Below are positions 31,011 through 39,353 of a stretch of DNA of 64,000 nt, piece by piece. Every line of letters begins with the position of its first letter. Within the stretch, counting starts at the first letter, position 1. The notes below the pieces were generated by a model, which did not search any database, was not told the DNA's origin, and saw only the letters and a list, made by a program, of their open reading frames with translations. The translations under genes and the position numbers were made by a program. The stretch spans positions 40,937-104,936 of the forward strand of contig VXMF01000001.1 of NCBI GenBank assembly GCA_009841225.1. Reading direction: 5' to 3'. The DNA comes from Terriglobia bacterium. GTDB lineage: Bacteria > Acidobacteriota > Terriglobia > Bryobacterales > UBA6623.

Positions 31011-31468
31011 CGCTCTATGCGGAGGCGAGTGCCGTCCTTGCATGGCTGCTCGACGAAGAGCGAGCAGGACGCGCTGGCCTTGCTTGGTCGCAACTTGTCG
31101 CCGCCGATGCTGTCCACAGCTCGGACCTGACGCTCGTCGAGTGCGATCGGACGCTCCGACGGGCCGTCGCGACTGGGCGAATCAGTGCCGACGAATCATT
31201 GCGGCTTCACGCAATCGTCGATAGGGCGTCAGCGTTTTGGACCCTCCACGGCATGGATGCGGAAGTTGTTGAGCGGTCCCGACGATCGTTCCCTTGCGAG
31301 CCGATCAGGTCGCTGGATGCCCTTCATCTGGCAACGGCGCTGGTCGTTCGGAATCTGTCGCCCGAGGTGCAGGTCCTGTCGTTCGATGAGCGGATTCGCG
31401 ACAATGCGACCGCCCTCGGGCTCGACGTGGTACCGGCGATGGTCAGTCAGCCGCCACGTTCTGGCTGA
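31007..31468 (+). CDS. vapC: type II toxin, PIN-domain VapC family
   Basis: PIN acidic residues are distributed as expected (LVECD, SLDALHLATA, LSFDERI). The first acidic position is Glu (LYAEASAV) rather than the usual Asp. GTGA overlap with the antitoxin gene. Confidence 0.8.
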   Translation: MTLYAEASAVLAWLLDEERAGRAGLAWSQLVAADAVHSSDLTLVECDRTLRRAVATGRISADESLRLHAIVDRASAFWTLHGMDAEVVERSRRSFPCEPIRSLDALHLATALVVRNLSPEVQVLSFDERIRDNATALGLDVVPAMVSQPPRSG

Positions 31469-31471
31469 CGA

Positions 31472-31488
31472 GCGGCCGTGCCGGCCGC
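31472..31488. terminator. GC hairpin between convergent genes
   Basis: gcggccg-tgc-cggccgc (7-bp stem) 4 nt after the vapC stop, in the 55-nt gap before the convergent sulfatase stop. Confidence 0.3.
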
Positions 31489-31523
31489 CCGATTCGCTCC
31501 AACGCATCCCGCACGCGGCCAAG

Positions 31524-32939
31524 CTAAGCTCGCGGTTCAGCAGGCCCCTGTGCGAGCCTAGACCGCATTCGCTCCAACACGTCAGCGTGCTGGGGGTCGT
31601 CCACAAGATTCGTGAACTCGCGCGGATCCGCTTCGTGGTCGTAGAGTTCCTCGCCGCCCCCGTCCCCTTCCCAGCTGATGTAGCGATACTGGTCTGTCCG
31701 CACGGTTCGGCCGAAAATGCGGTCCTCCCACTGAACCTGCGAAAACGCGGCATCCTTCACAGAGGCGGAAGGATCGTCGAGCACGGGGGCCAAACTGACA
31801 CCCTCCAGTCCAGCGGGCGCGGCCAAACCGCATAGGTCGGCCAAGGTGGGATAGAAGTCCACGAACTCCACCAAGGCCTTCGAAGCGCGGCCATTGCCCC
31901 GCATGCCCGGCGCCGAGATGATCAGCGGTGCCTTGACGGACTCCTCCATCAGGCTCATCTTTTGCCAGTGCGTGTGCTCCCCGAGGTGCCAGCCATGGTC
32001 TCCGAAGAAAAGGACGATCGTCCGGTCCGCCTGCCCTAGCCGCTCCAACGCGTCAAGCACGTGTCCAAGTTGTTGGTCCATGAAGGACACCGAGGCGTAG
32101 TAGCCCCGCAGGGAAATCCGCTGGTTCTCCTCGCTCATGCCCATCTGATTCCAAAGAAACGGTCGCAGGTTCTTCGCGGGCGCCGGGATGTCGTCAAGGT
32201 CATCCGGCGGGTTCGAGACAAGCTCGATCTCCTCCAAGGGATACATGTCGAAGAACTCAGTTGGGGCGACGAACGGCACGTGCGGTCGGACGAATCCCAG
32301 ACCTAGGAAGAACGGCTGGTCGGCTGTGGACTCGAGCAGGTCGATCGCCGTGTCGGCGGCCGCGGCATCCGCCTGGCCCGACGCGTCGGCCGTCTGGACC
32401 CACTGCATCTTCAATCCGTTGCGCAGGTCAGGATTCGGATCGCCACCCAGCCCGACGCTCTCGTCCTCGTCTCCCGGCGGGCTTATCGAGACATCCCACG
32501 AAGGCGGGTCTTGGTGTCTCATCGTCCCGACTCCGCCGGGGACTCCCATGTGAAACATCTTCCCGACCCGCATCGAGCGCCAGCCGCTGGTCTTGAACAG
32601 CTGTGGGAGGGTGACGGCGTCGGGGTGCTTTTCCCGGAAGTTCACCATGGAATTGGTGACGACCCCACTCGTGTCGGGGCGCATTCCCGTCATCAGCGAG
32701 GCGCGGCTGGGCCCACAGAACGGGAACTGGCAATACGCATTGTCGAATCGAACTCCGCGCGCGGCGAGGCGATCGATGTTGGGAGACTTGACGACCGGGT
32801 GGCCGTAGCAGCCCAACGTGGAAGTAAGGTCGTCCGAGGCGACAAACAACACGTTGAGTGGTGGCTCGGTGCGTTTACAGGCAGCGGCACCAGCGGTTAG
32901 CATCGCCGCGAATTCCCGTCGCGAGGGCAAGCTTGTCAT
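31524..32939 (-). CDS. sulfatase (formylglycine-dependent; iduronate-2-sulfatase-like)
   Basis: NVLFVASDDL, then the C-x-P-x-R FGly motif (CGPSRASLMTG). C-terminal ELYDHEADPREFTNL. Tat-like SRREF. Confidence 0.9.
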   Translation of the reverse strand: MTSLPSRREFAAMLTAGAAACKRTEPPLNVLFVASDDLTSTLGCYGHPVVKSPNIDRLAARGVRFDNAYCQFPFCGPSRASLMTGMRPDTSGVVTNSMVNFREKHPDAVTLPQLFKTSGWRSMRVGKMFHMGVPGGVGTMRHQDPPSWDVSISPPGDEDESVGLGGDPNPDLRNGLKMQWVQTADASGQADAAAADTAIDLLESTADQPFFLGLGFVRPHVPFVAPTEFFDMYPLEEIELVSNPPDDLDDIPAPAKNLRPFLWNQMGMSEENQRISLRGYYASVSFMDQQLGHVLDALERLGQADRTIVLFFGDHGWHLGEHTHWQKMSLMEESVKAPLIISAPGMRGNGRASKALVEFVDFYPTLADLCGLAAPAGLEGVSLAPVLDDPSASVKDAAFSQVQWEDRIFGRTVRTDQYRYISWEGDGGGEELYDHEADPREFTNLVDDPQHADVLERMRSRLAQGPAEPRA

Positions 32940-33071
32940 GGCGGTCCCATTATTCCTGAGTCACAAGCAGAATGCCGCTACTGCCTGAGGGAGTTGCAAG
33001 CCGGCACTGGCGGTGCTACGTCCCCAGTCGAGGCCTTAATCAGTCCCTGCAGACGCTAAAGCGCGCTTGCT

Positions 33072-33986
33072 TCAGACAAGTTTCAATACGCGGGCCGCAT
33101 TGCCACCCAAGATCTTCCCAAGCATCGAATCGCCGCTGCACAGACGCCGCACCGCTGCCAAGCCCTTTGCGCCGATGCAGTCTTGCCCTTCGCCGATGGT
33201 GTCGTTGCAGTCGCTGGCCCACAGCAGGCGGTCCTGGTGCCGCTCCAAGAATCCGCGGGCATGCTCCTCGTCGCGCAGCATCGAATTCAGCCCGGAGCCG
33301 GCCGAGAGGTCGCCGTACATGTTCGGGTAGTCGGATAGCAGGCGGTCAGTGATGCCGCCGGGCGTGACCGGCGTCTTGGGGTACATCACCGATTGCTCAT
33401 GCTTGGCGTCAATATTCCCCCACCAAGTCTGCGCATGCCCGATGAAGTCGACCGTCGGGAACTTCTCCAGCATGGCCTGAAACCTCTCGATGCCGGTGTT
33501 GTAGGCCTCGTGCTGAAAGTGGATCAGGACGGGAACTTGGTAGTCGCGAGCGATCGAGTAGACAAGCTGCATGGCCTCCGAATCGCACGCTACCGGGAAC
33601 TTCTGCTCGCCAATGCCCTTGGCGCCCAGTCCCAGATAGCGCTCGAGCACCGGGCGCGTTTGCTCGATATCGGGGAGCTCGTTGGCAAACCACACGAACT
33701 CGGCCGGGAACCGCTCGGCCAGCGCTACGACCGAGTCGTTGCCGTAGGCCTCGGCCGCCAGCCCGTACCTCGACCCTGCGGGCAGCAATACGGTCAGGTC
33801 TACTCCCATCTTGCGTTGGTGGGCGACCAACTCGTCATCGCTGCGGCCCTTGTAGTTCGTGTGCTGATGAAAATCGACCGTCAGGCGGGCAGCCTGGCCT
33901 GCTTCGTCCGGCGCGGCAGGCTCTGACCCGCAGCCAATGCCGGCAACCGCGCCAGCGACGGATGTGATGAACTCCCGACGCCGCAT
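33072..33986 (-). CDS. amidohydrolase family protein (TIM-barrel metal hydrolase), Tat signal
   Basis: MRRREFITSVAGAVAGIG twin-arginine signal. DFHQHTNY metal-binding HxH. I place the start at 33986, because the track start (34220) would overlap the divergent M16 gene. Confidence 0.75.
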   Translation of the reverse strand: MRRREFITSVAGAVAGIGCGSEPAAPDEAGQAARLTVDFHQHTNYKGRSDDELVAHQRKMGVDLTVLLPAGSRYGLAAEAYGNDSVVALAERFPAEFVWFANELPDIEQTRPVLERYLGLGAKGIGEQKFPVACDSEAMQLVYSIARDYQVPVLIHFQHEAYNTGIERFQAMLEKFPTVDFIGHAQTWWGNIDAKHEQSVMYPKTPVTPGGITDRLLSDYPNMYGDLSAGSGLNSMLRDEEHARGFLERHQDRLLWASDCNDTIGEGQDCIGAKGLAAVRRLCSGDSMLGKILGGNAARVLKLV

Positions 33987-34056
33987 GCGGACATAGCATC
34001 GCACGAAACGACCACAGTGGAAGCCAGCGTCAGCGTTCCTCCATCGCATTGCTACG

Positions 34057-35346
34057 ATGGCGAGCATGGAGCGCGCCCTGCCCGCCAATATCCACAAGAC
34101 CGTGCTCCCCAACGGCTTGCGGGTTGTCACCGAATCGATGCCCGCGGTCCGCTCTGTTTCCTTGGGGGTTTGGCTCGATGCCGGATCCCGGCATGAGACC
34201 GATCCCGAAAGCGGGATCACTCATTTCATCGAGCACATGGTGTTCAAGGGCACGGACCGCTTTTCAGCGCGCGAACTGGCGTGTGAGATCGACGGACTGG
34301 GCGGGAATCTCGACGCATTCACATCGAAGGAGACCACAGCGTTCACTGCCAAGGTGCTGGACGAGCACTGGCCACGCGCCCTAGACGTTCTCGCGGACAT
34401 GGTGCAGAACCCAACCCTCGCCGAGGACGAGATCGAGCGTGAAAAAGGGGTCATCCTCGAGGAACTCAAGATGGACGAGGACAACCCGGACTACCTGCTG
34501 GGCACCCTCTTCGCGGGCAGCTTCTGGCGCGGCCACGGCATGGGACGCCCCGTCATCGGCACGCAGGAGTCCATCCGGGGCTTCGGCCGGAGCCGCTTGC
34601 GGCAGTTCTTCGCGGACACGTTCCGCGCACCCAATCTGATGCTCGCGGCAGCCGGCAATATCGATCACGACGACTTCGCGCGCGCGGCCGACCGGCACTT
34701 CGGCGGTCTCGCAGGCACCGGCACGACGCGAGCCGAGCAACCGCCGCAAGGCCAAGCGGAAATCGTGCTCCGCGACAAGCCTTCCCTTGAGCAGGTTCAC
34801 ATGCTCCTTGGAGTGGAAACCTTCTCCGCACGCGATCCCAGGCGATTCGCCGGACTGGTGCTCAGCACGCTGCTCGGTGGCGGCTTCAGTTCCCGTCTTT
34901 TCCAGAAGATCCGCGAGGAAGCTGGGCTGGCCTACAGCGTCTATTCCGACCTGGGCCTGTATTCCGACGCCGGGTGCCTCTCGGTAGGCGTGGGCACCTC
35001 GCTCGATGCGCTGCGCACAGTGCTGCAGTATGCGCTGCGGGAATTCGCGGACCTCAAGGACAGGCGGGCGCCGGAGTCTGAGATCCGCAGAGCGAAGGAC
35101 CACCTCAAGGGCAGTCTGATGTTGAGCTTGGAATCTACCGGCAGCCGCATGGCGAACTTGGCGCGCCAAGAAGCGATCCACGGCCACGTCCGCACGCTCG
35201 ACGAAATCAGTGACCAGATTGAGTCCGTGACCTCTCCCGAGATCGAGGCGCTGGCCAACGAATGGTTCCAGCAAGATCGCATCGCGTTGACCGTTCTCGG
35301 CAACTTGAACGGCTTGCGGGTCGAGCGCGCGGACCTGGCTTGCTGA
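34057..35346 (+). CDS. M16 family (pitrilysin/insulinase) zinc metallopeptidase
   Basis: Inverted zinc motif HxxEH in HFIEHMVFKGT, with the downstream Glu in EREKGVILEE. Confidence 0.9.
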   Translation: MASMERALPANIHKTVLPNGLRVVTESMPAVRSVSLGVWLDAGSRHETDPESGITHFIEHMVFKGTDRFSARELACEIDGLGGNLDAFTSKETTAFTAKVLDEHWPRALDVLADMVQNPTLAEDEIEREKGVILEELKMDEDNPDYLLGTLFAGSFWRGHGMGRPVIGTQESIRGFGRSRLRQFFADTFRAPNLMLAAAGNIDHDDFARAADRHFGGLAGTGTTRAEQPPQGQAEIVLRDKPSLEQVHMLLGVETFSARDPRRFAGLVLSTLLGGGFSSRLFQKIREEAGLAYSVYSDLGLYSDAGCLSVGVGTSLDALRTVLQYALREFADLKDRRAPESEIRRAKDHLKGSLMLSLESTGSRMANLARQEAIHGHVRTLDEISDQIESVTSPEIEALANEWFQQDRIALTVLGNLNGLRVERADLAC

Positions 35347-35559
35347 GGCGGGAGTTCCAAGCGCCGCCCGCCCGAGCAAGTGCCACGAATCGAGTCCCGT
35401 CCGATGGCTTGATCTCGTCCACTAGGAGCTGCAGACTCCAGAGTGGCGTGAGCCGAACGGAACGGCACATGCCATTCCACCGAACCGCGCAGCGGGCATG
35501 CAGGCCCGACCATAGAACTTCATTCAAGCCCATCGCAGACAGGCCGGTCCTGAAGCACC

Positions 35560-36000
35560 ATGGCGCTGGCAGGCACCCCACAGCCCCGATATACAATCGT
35601 GCCTGCCCGCGAGGTCTTTGTGTCCACAACAACGCGCCATCAGCTGGCCGGCGTGACCGCCCTGCTCGCAGCGACGGGCCGCAAGTACGGCCCGCACACG
35701 GACACGATTCCCACCGGCGATGATGCCCTGGCCAACAACGTCGCGTGGAACGTCATGCTGGCCGGAGGCCGCTTCAAAGACATCCGCTCACTGACCAACG
35801 ATCCGCGGGAACTCTACGACTTGCGCGCCGATCCGGAAGAGCTGGACAACCTCGCGATCAAGCCTGAAGATCGAGAGCGCCTCGCACACATGCGGGAACT
35901 GGCTGTCGCGGAGCTGCGGGAGGACGATGCAGGCTTCGTGGACCGCATGCCAGCGGTGCGAGAAGTCGGCTACGACGCACTGAGGAAATATGCAAGCTGA
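35560..36000 (+). pseudogene. probable remnant of a sulfatase gene (C-terminal ~90 aa only)
   Basis: Contains the sulfatase C-terminal signature PRELYDLRADPEELDNLA, paralogous to EELYDHEADPREFTNL of the intact sulfatase at 31524..32939. It lacks the whole catalytic N-terminal domain and the CxPxR motif. It overlaps the next gene by 11 nt. Confidence 0.45.
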
Positions 36001-36655
36001 CCCCATCCTCGACGCGTTCTGGCATCGGGGCCTCATCCTGCTCGGTGACCGAGTGCGCCAAGAGTACGGGCTCAATACGCCCATCTTCATTGACCTGCGG
36101 CACGGGCTCTACGACGACCTCGGACTGCTGCAGGCCCTGGGCGCAGCCTTGCACCGCGAGATCTTCGCCCTAGCGGGCGATTCGGGGCGGCCGCAGCAAG
36201 TCGTGGGGATACCGGATACAGCCACGCCGCTGGCGCTGGCCGCCGCGCTGGCCTCGCGCGGCACGAATCAACCCCTGGCATACGGCCAGCTGCGCAAGCA
36301 GCGCGCTGCCTACCCGGGCGGGCACTATGGCAGCAGCGCGTACATGGGGACATGCGACACCGAGCGCGAGATCACGCTGATCGACGATGTCATCGCTTCT
36401 GGCGCGACAAAGGTCTGGTCCACTGCCTACTTGCGCGAGGTCGGCTTGGAAGTCGCGCGGATCTTGGTTGTGGTTGATCGCGAGCAAGGCGGCGACCGCG
36501 GCCTCCGCGAAGAGGGCTATCCGGTTCACAGCCTTTATCGCATCAGCGATGTGATCTCGTACTACCTAGAGCGGGGCATGGTCGACGAGGAATCAGCCCG
36601 GGCTGCGCTCGGACACGTCAGGCGCAAGGGCCCGGATACGACGGGAATCCCCTAG
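35990..36655 (+). CDS. type I phosphoribosyltransferase, orotate PRTase-like
   Basis: PRPP-binding motif ITLIDDVIASGAT. Overall colinearity with PyrE (…PIFIDLR…, VVGIPDTATPLA). Substrate not certain. Confidence 0.6.
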   Translation: MQADPILDAFWHRGLILLGDRVRQEYGLNTPIFIDLRHGLYDDLGLLQALGAALHREIFALAGDSGRPQQVVGIPDTATPLALAAALASRGTNQPLAYGQLRKQRAAYPGGHYGSSAYMGTCDTEREITLIDDVIASGATKVWSTAYLREVGLEVARILVVVDREQGGDRGLREEGYPVHSLYRISDVISYYLERGMVDEESARAALGHVRRKGPDTTGIP

Positions 36656-37290
36656 CAGCAGGCTTGGACGCTGCGAATCGCCTCCAAGTCGCCCTAACCG
36701 AGGTTCTTGGGCAGGTTGCTTTGCCGAGGACCGCTACTGGTTGGATCGGCCGGATCCAAGACGATCACCGTGCCTGAGGAGCCTCTGCGCGGCAACAACT
36801 GCGGATTGACATTGCGAGCCGAGTAGGGGTCGCGTGCCGACGAGGTAGCGGGACTGTCGACAACAGGTGTACCCCGCGATTCCGGACAGCCCACCGAGCA
36901 AGTCGTATCGACGACAGGTGCCTGTGTCGGTCGCATGCCGCTGTCAGGCGTTTCCCGATCAATCAGGGTCCTGTTCATCGATTGCCAGCTTCTTGCAGTT
37001 GGAACGCTCCTGCGGACACGGCGCCCGTGCTGATGAAGATTAGGCGGCTGGCGAGTCGAATCACACGAGACAGTCGCCGTTCGCCTAAGGCTGTGCTGTA
37101 CTTGAACTAGCTTGTAGGCTGTAGCCGTGCCGGTTGTTCCAAGCACCTGAATGGCTTGGACCGCAGCTAGACGCGGAGCGAGCCTCGTGGTCCGCGGCTC
37201 TTGGCTAATCCAAACTGAAATGCAGAGCCACCGGCACTCGCTCACCTTGGCCGCACCTTGCCCGTCGGCCCTGTCCCTATGGGAGGCAAC

Positions 37291-38577
37291 GTGATTACCT
37301 CTCTGCGGCTGAAGGATTTCAAGAACTTTGCTGACGAGACGCTGCACGTCGGCCCGTTCACCTTGATCGTCGGGGCCAACGCGAGCGGCAAGAGTAACAT
37401 CCGTGACGCCTTCCGCTTTCTCCATGGCATTGGACGCGGATATTCGCTCGCAGAGATCGCCGGAGGGAAGCACGAGGCCGGTTGGGGACCGATCCGGGGA
37501 GCGACCAACGAAATCAATCGGTTCCAGCCTCGCGGGACGAGTCCGGAGGCAGACCAGTTCTCTCTGGAAGTCAAGATCGTGCTTCCCCTGTTGCCAGCCC
37601 GTGCTCTCGAGGACAGTGGCAATGTCAGATACCGCATTGATGTCCGTGCTGAGAGCTCCAGCGATGGCGCACTGTCTGTCGCCGACGAGGCGTTGTGCTT
37701 CAATTCGGAAGAGATCTACACGGCGGGAATATTTGAGGATGAGAACTACATTTGGGGCCGCTCGACGCCTGCGCTGTCCAAAGCCCCCTACATGCCCAAG
37801 ACCATTGGCCATGCTGTATCGCCATCTGATGATGCATTCACCCTCTACGGCCAACTCACTTTACGACCGGAAATGATGCTCGATGTTTGTAGGCAACTTG
37901 AGGGGATGCGCTTCTTCGACTTTAGACCTAACCGTATGCGGGAACCGGCGAGTCCCGGCCAGACAACCTTGGGCGACAGCGGCGAGTACCTGCCGGTTGT
38001 GCTGCGAGAAATCTGCTCCGAAGAGAAGCGCAAGTCGGCTTTGGTGAGTTGGCTTCGCGAATTGACGCCCATGGATGTGGAGGACTTCGAGTTCCCCTCC
38101 GATCCATCCGGCAGAATCCATCTCGTCATCTGTGAAGCGAACGGTGCGAGAGTCTCCGCCGATTGTGCTTCTGACGGCACATTGCGGTTTCTCGCCATGC
38201 TGGCGGCGCTACTTGGTAAAGACTTCAATCACGTCTATTTTTTTGAGGAGATCGAAAATGGCCTTCACCCGTCACGGCTTCATCTCCTGATCGATCTCAT
38301 TGAGCGGGTGACGGCCGACGGAAGCAAGCAGGTGATCGCCACGACCCATTCACCTCAGGTGTTGTCATTGGTCAACGAATCTTCGTTCGAGAGCGCCGCT
38401 GTCGTCTGCCGGATGGAGGATACGAACGAGGCCATCATCCGCCGCATCGCCGACATACCCAACGCGAAGAACCTGCGGAAGACTCAGGGACTGGATCGGC
38501 TCTTGGTCGGTGGCTGGATGGAAACCGCGCTCGCATTCACCGAAAGCAATGGCGATAACGAGGAGCGTTCTGAATGA
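37291..38577 (+). CDS. ABC-type (AAA_21/AAA_15, RecF/OLD-like) ATPase
   Basis: Walker A GANASGKSN. Signature-like SDGTLRFLAML. Walker B/D-loop VYFFEEIENGLHP. H-loop ATTHSP. GGGAGG lies 4 nt upstream of GTG 37291 (alternatives: ATG 37279, track start 37258). Confidence 0.85.
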   Translation: MITSLRLKDFKNFADETLHVGPFTLIVGANASGKSNIRDAFRFLHGIGRGYSLAEIAGGKHEAGWGPIRGATNEINRFQPRGTSPEADQFSLEVKIVLPLLPARALEDSGNVRYRIDVRAESSSDGALSVADEALCFNSEEIYTAGIFEDENYIWGRSTPALSKAPYMPKTIGHAVSPSDDAFTLYGQLTLRPEMMLDVCRQLEGMRFFDFRPNRMREPASPGQTTLGDSGEYLPVVLREICSEEKRKSALVSWLRELTPMDVEDFEFPSDPSGRIHLVICEANGARVSADCASDGTLRFLAMLAALLGKDFNHVYFFEEIENGLHPSRLHLLIDLIERVTADGSKQVIATTHSPQVLSLVNESSFESAAVVCRMEDTNEAIIRRIADIPNAKNLRKTQGLDRLLVGGWMETALAFTESNGDNEERSE

Positions 38578-39137
38578 CGGTTCTCGTCGTTCCCGAGGAC
38601 TTTCGTTACGACCAATACATCCTTAAACCTCTGTTCAGCCGACTCTTCGCTTACCTGGGTAGACCAAGAGCACGCGTGAAAGTCTGCCAAGACCCGTTGC
38701 TAGGCGGCGTCCACGAGGCGCTGAAATTGGAGCGTATCCAAGAGGTCGTCGACCAGCACGAAGGCATGACTGACATCTTCATCCTCTGCGTCGACCGCGA
38801 CGGGGAAGAGGGGCGGCGGCAGAGACTGGACAAAATCGAAGATAAGTTCGATGGCGGACGCAGCTTCCTAGCCGAATGCGCTTGGGAAGAGATCGAAACT
38901 TGGGCACTGGCCGGCCTGGATCTTCCGAAAGGATGGAATTGGGCCAATGTTCGAGCGGAAATTCACGTCAAGGAAAACTACTTCGAACCCCTTGCTAGAG
39001 ACCGTGGGGTCGCCGATGGCCCAGGCGGCGGGCGTAAAGCACTGGGCGAGGAATCCGCACGGCACATTCCCGCAATCCGAAGCAAGTGCCCCGAGGATTT
39101 CGACAGGCTCGCCCATCGCCTCGGAGCACTCCTCTGA
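38574..39137 (+). CDS. TOPRIM-like protein (DUF4276 / RloB / DUF4435-like), putative nuclease partner of the ATPase
   Basis: N-terminal strand with conserved Glu (MTVLVVPED, E8). DxD metal motif (ILCVDRDGEE, D74/D76). A further acidic patch, WEEIETW. ATGA overlap with the ATPase gene. The family name is recalled from memory and not searched. Confidence 0.65.
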   Translation: MTVLVVPEDFRYDQYILKPLFSRLFAYLGRPRARVKVCQDPLLGGVHEALKLERIQEVVDQHEGMTDIFILCVDRDGEEGRRQRLDKIEDKFDGGRSFLAECAWEEIETWALAGLDLPKGWNWANVRAEIHVKENYFEPLARDRGVADGPGGGRKALGEESARHIPAIRSKCPEDFDRLAHRLGALL

Positions 39138-39195
39138 GTTGCTGAGGCGAGGTGGCAGTGGAACCCTGTCATCGACAACCTGATGCAAGGATGTG

Positions 39196-39219
39196 AGTCT
39201 GCACAACCAGCGGCAGACT
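39196..39219 (+). terminator. hairpin downstream of the ATPase/TOPRIM pair
   Basis: agtctgc-N10-gcagact (7-bp stem) about 60 nt after the stop at 39137. No U-tract. Confidence 0.25.
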
Positions 39220-39296
39220 GACCAGCTCTGAGTAGCCAGCACTTGTTGTATCGGGCACCTATACCGGAATGACCAGCGGTCGCCGCTATAGTGTTG

Positions 39297-39337
39297 CCCA
39301 TCCGCCCGGTCGGGGGAGTCACCCATCCGCCCGGTCG
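39297..39337 (+). repeat. two perfect 16-nt direct repeats (cccatccgcccggtcg) with 25-nt period upstream of the protease gene
   Basis: Read directly: ...ttgCCCATCCGCCCGGTCGggggagtcaCCCATCCGCCCGGTCGaac.... The second copy ends about 17 nt before ATG 39354. Confidence 0.6.
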
Positions 39338-39353
39338 AACAAGCCTCCACGCC

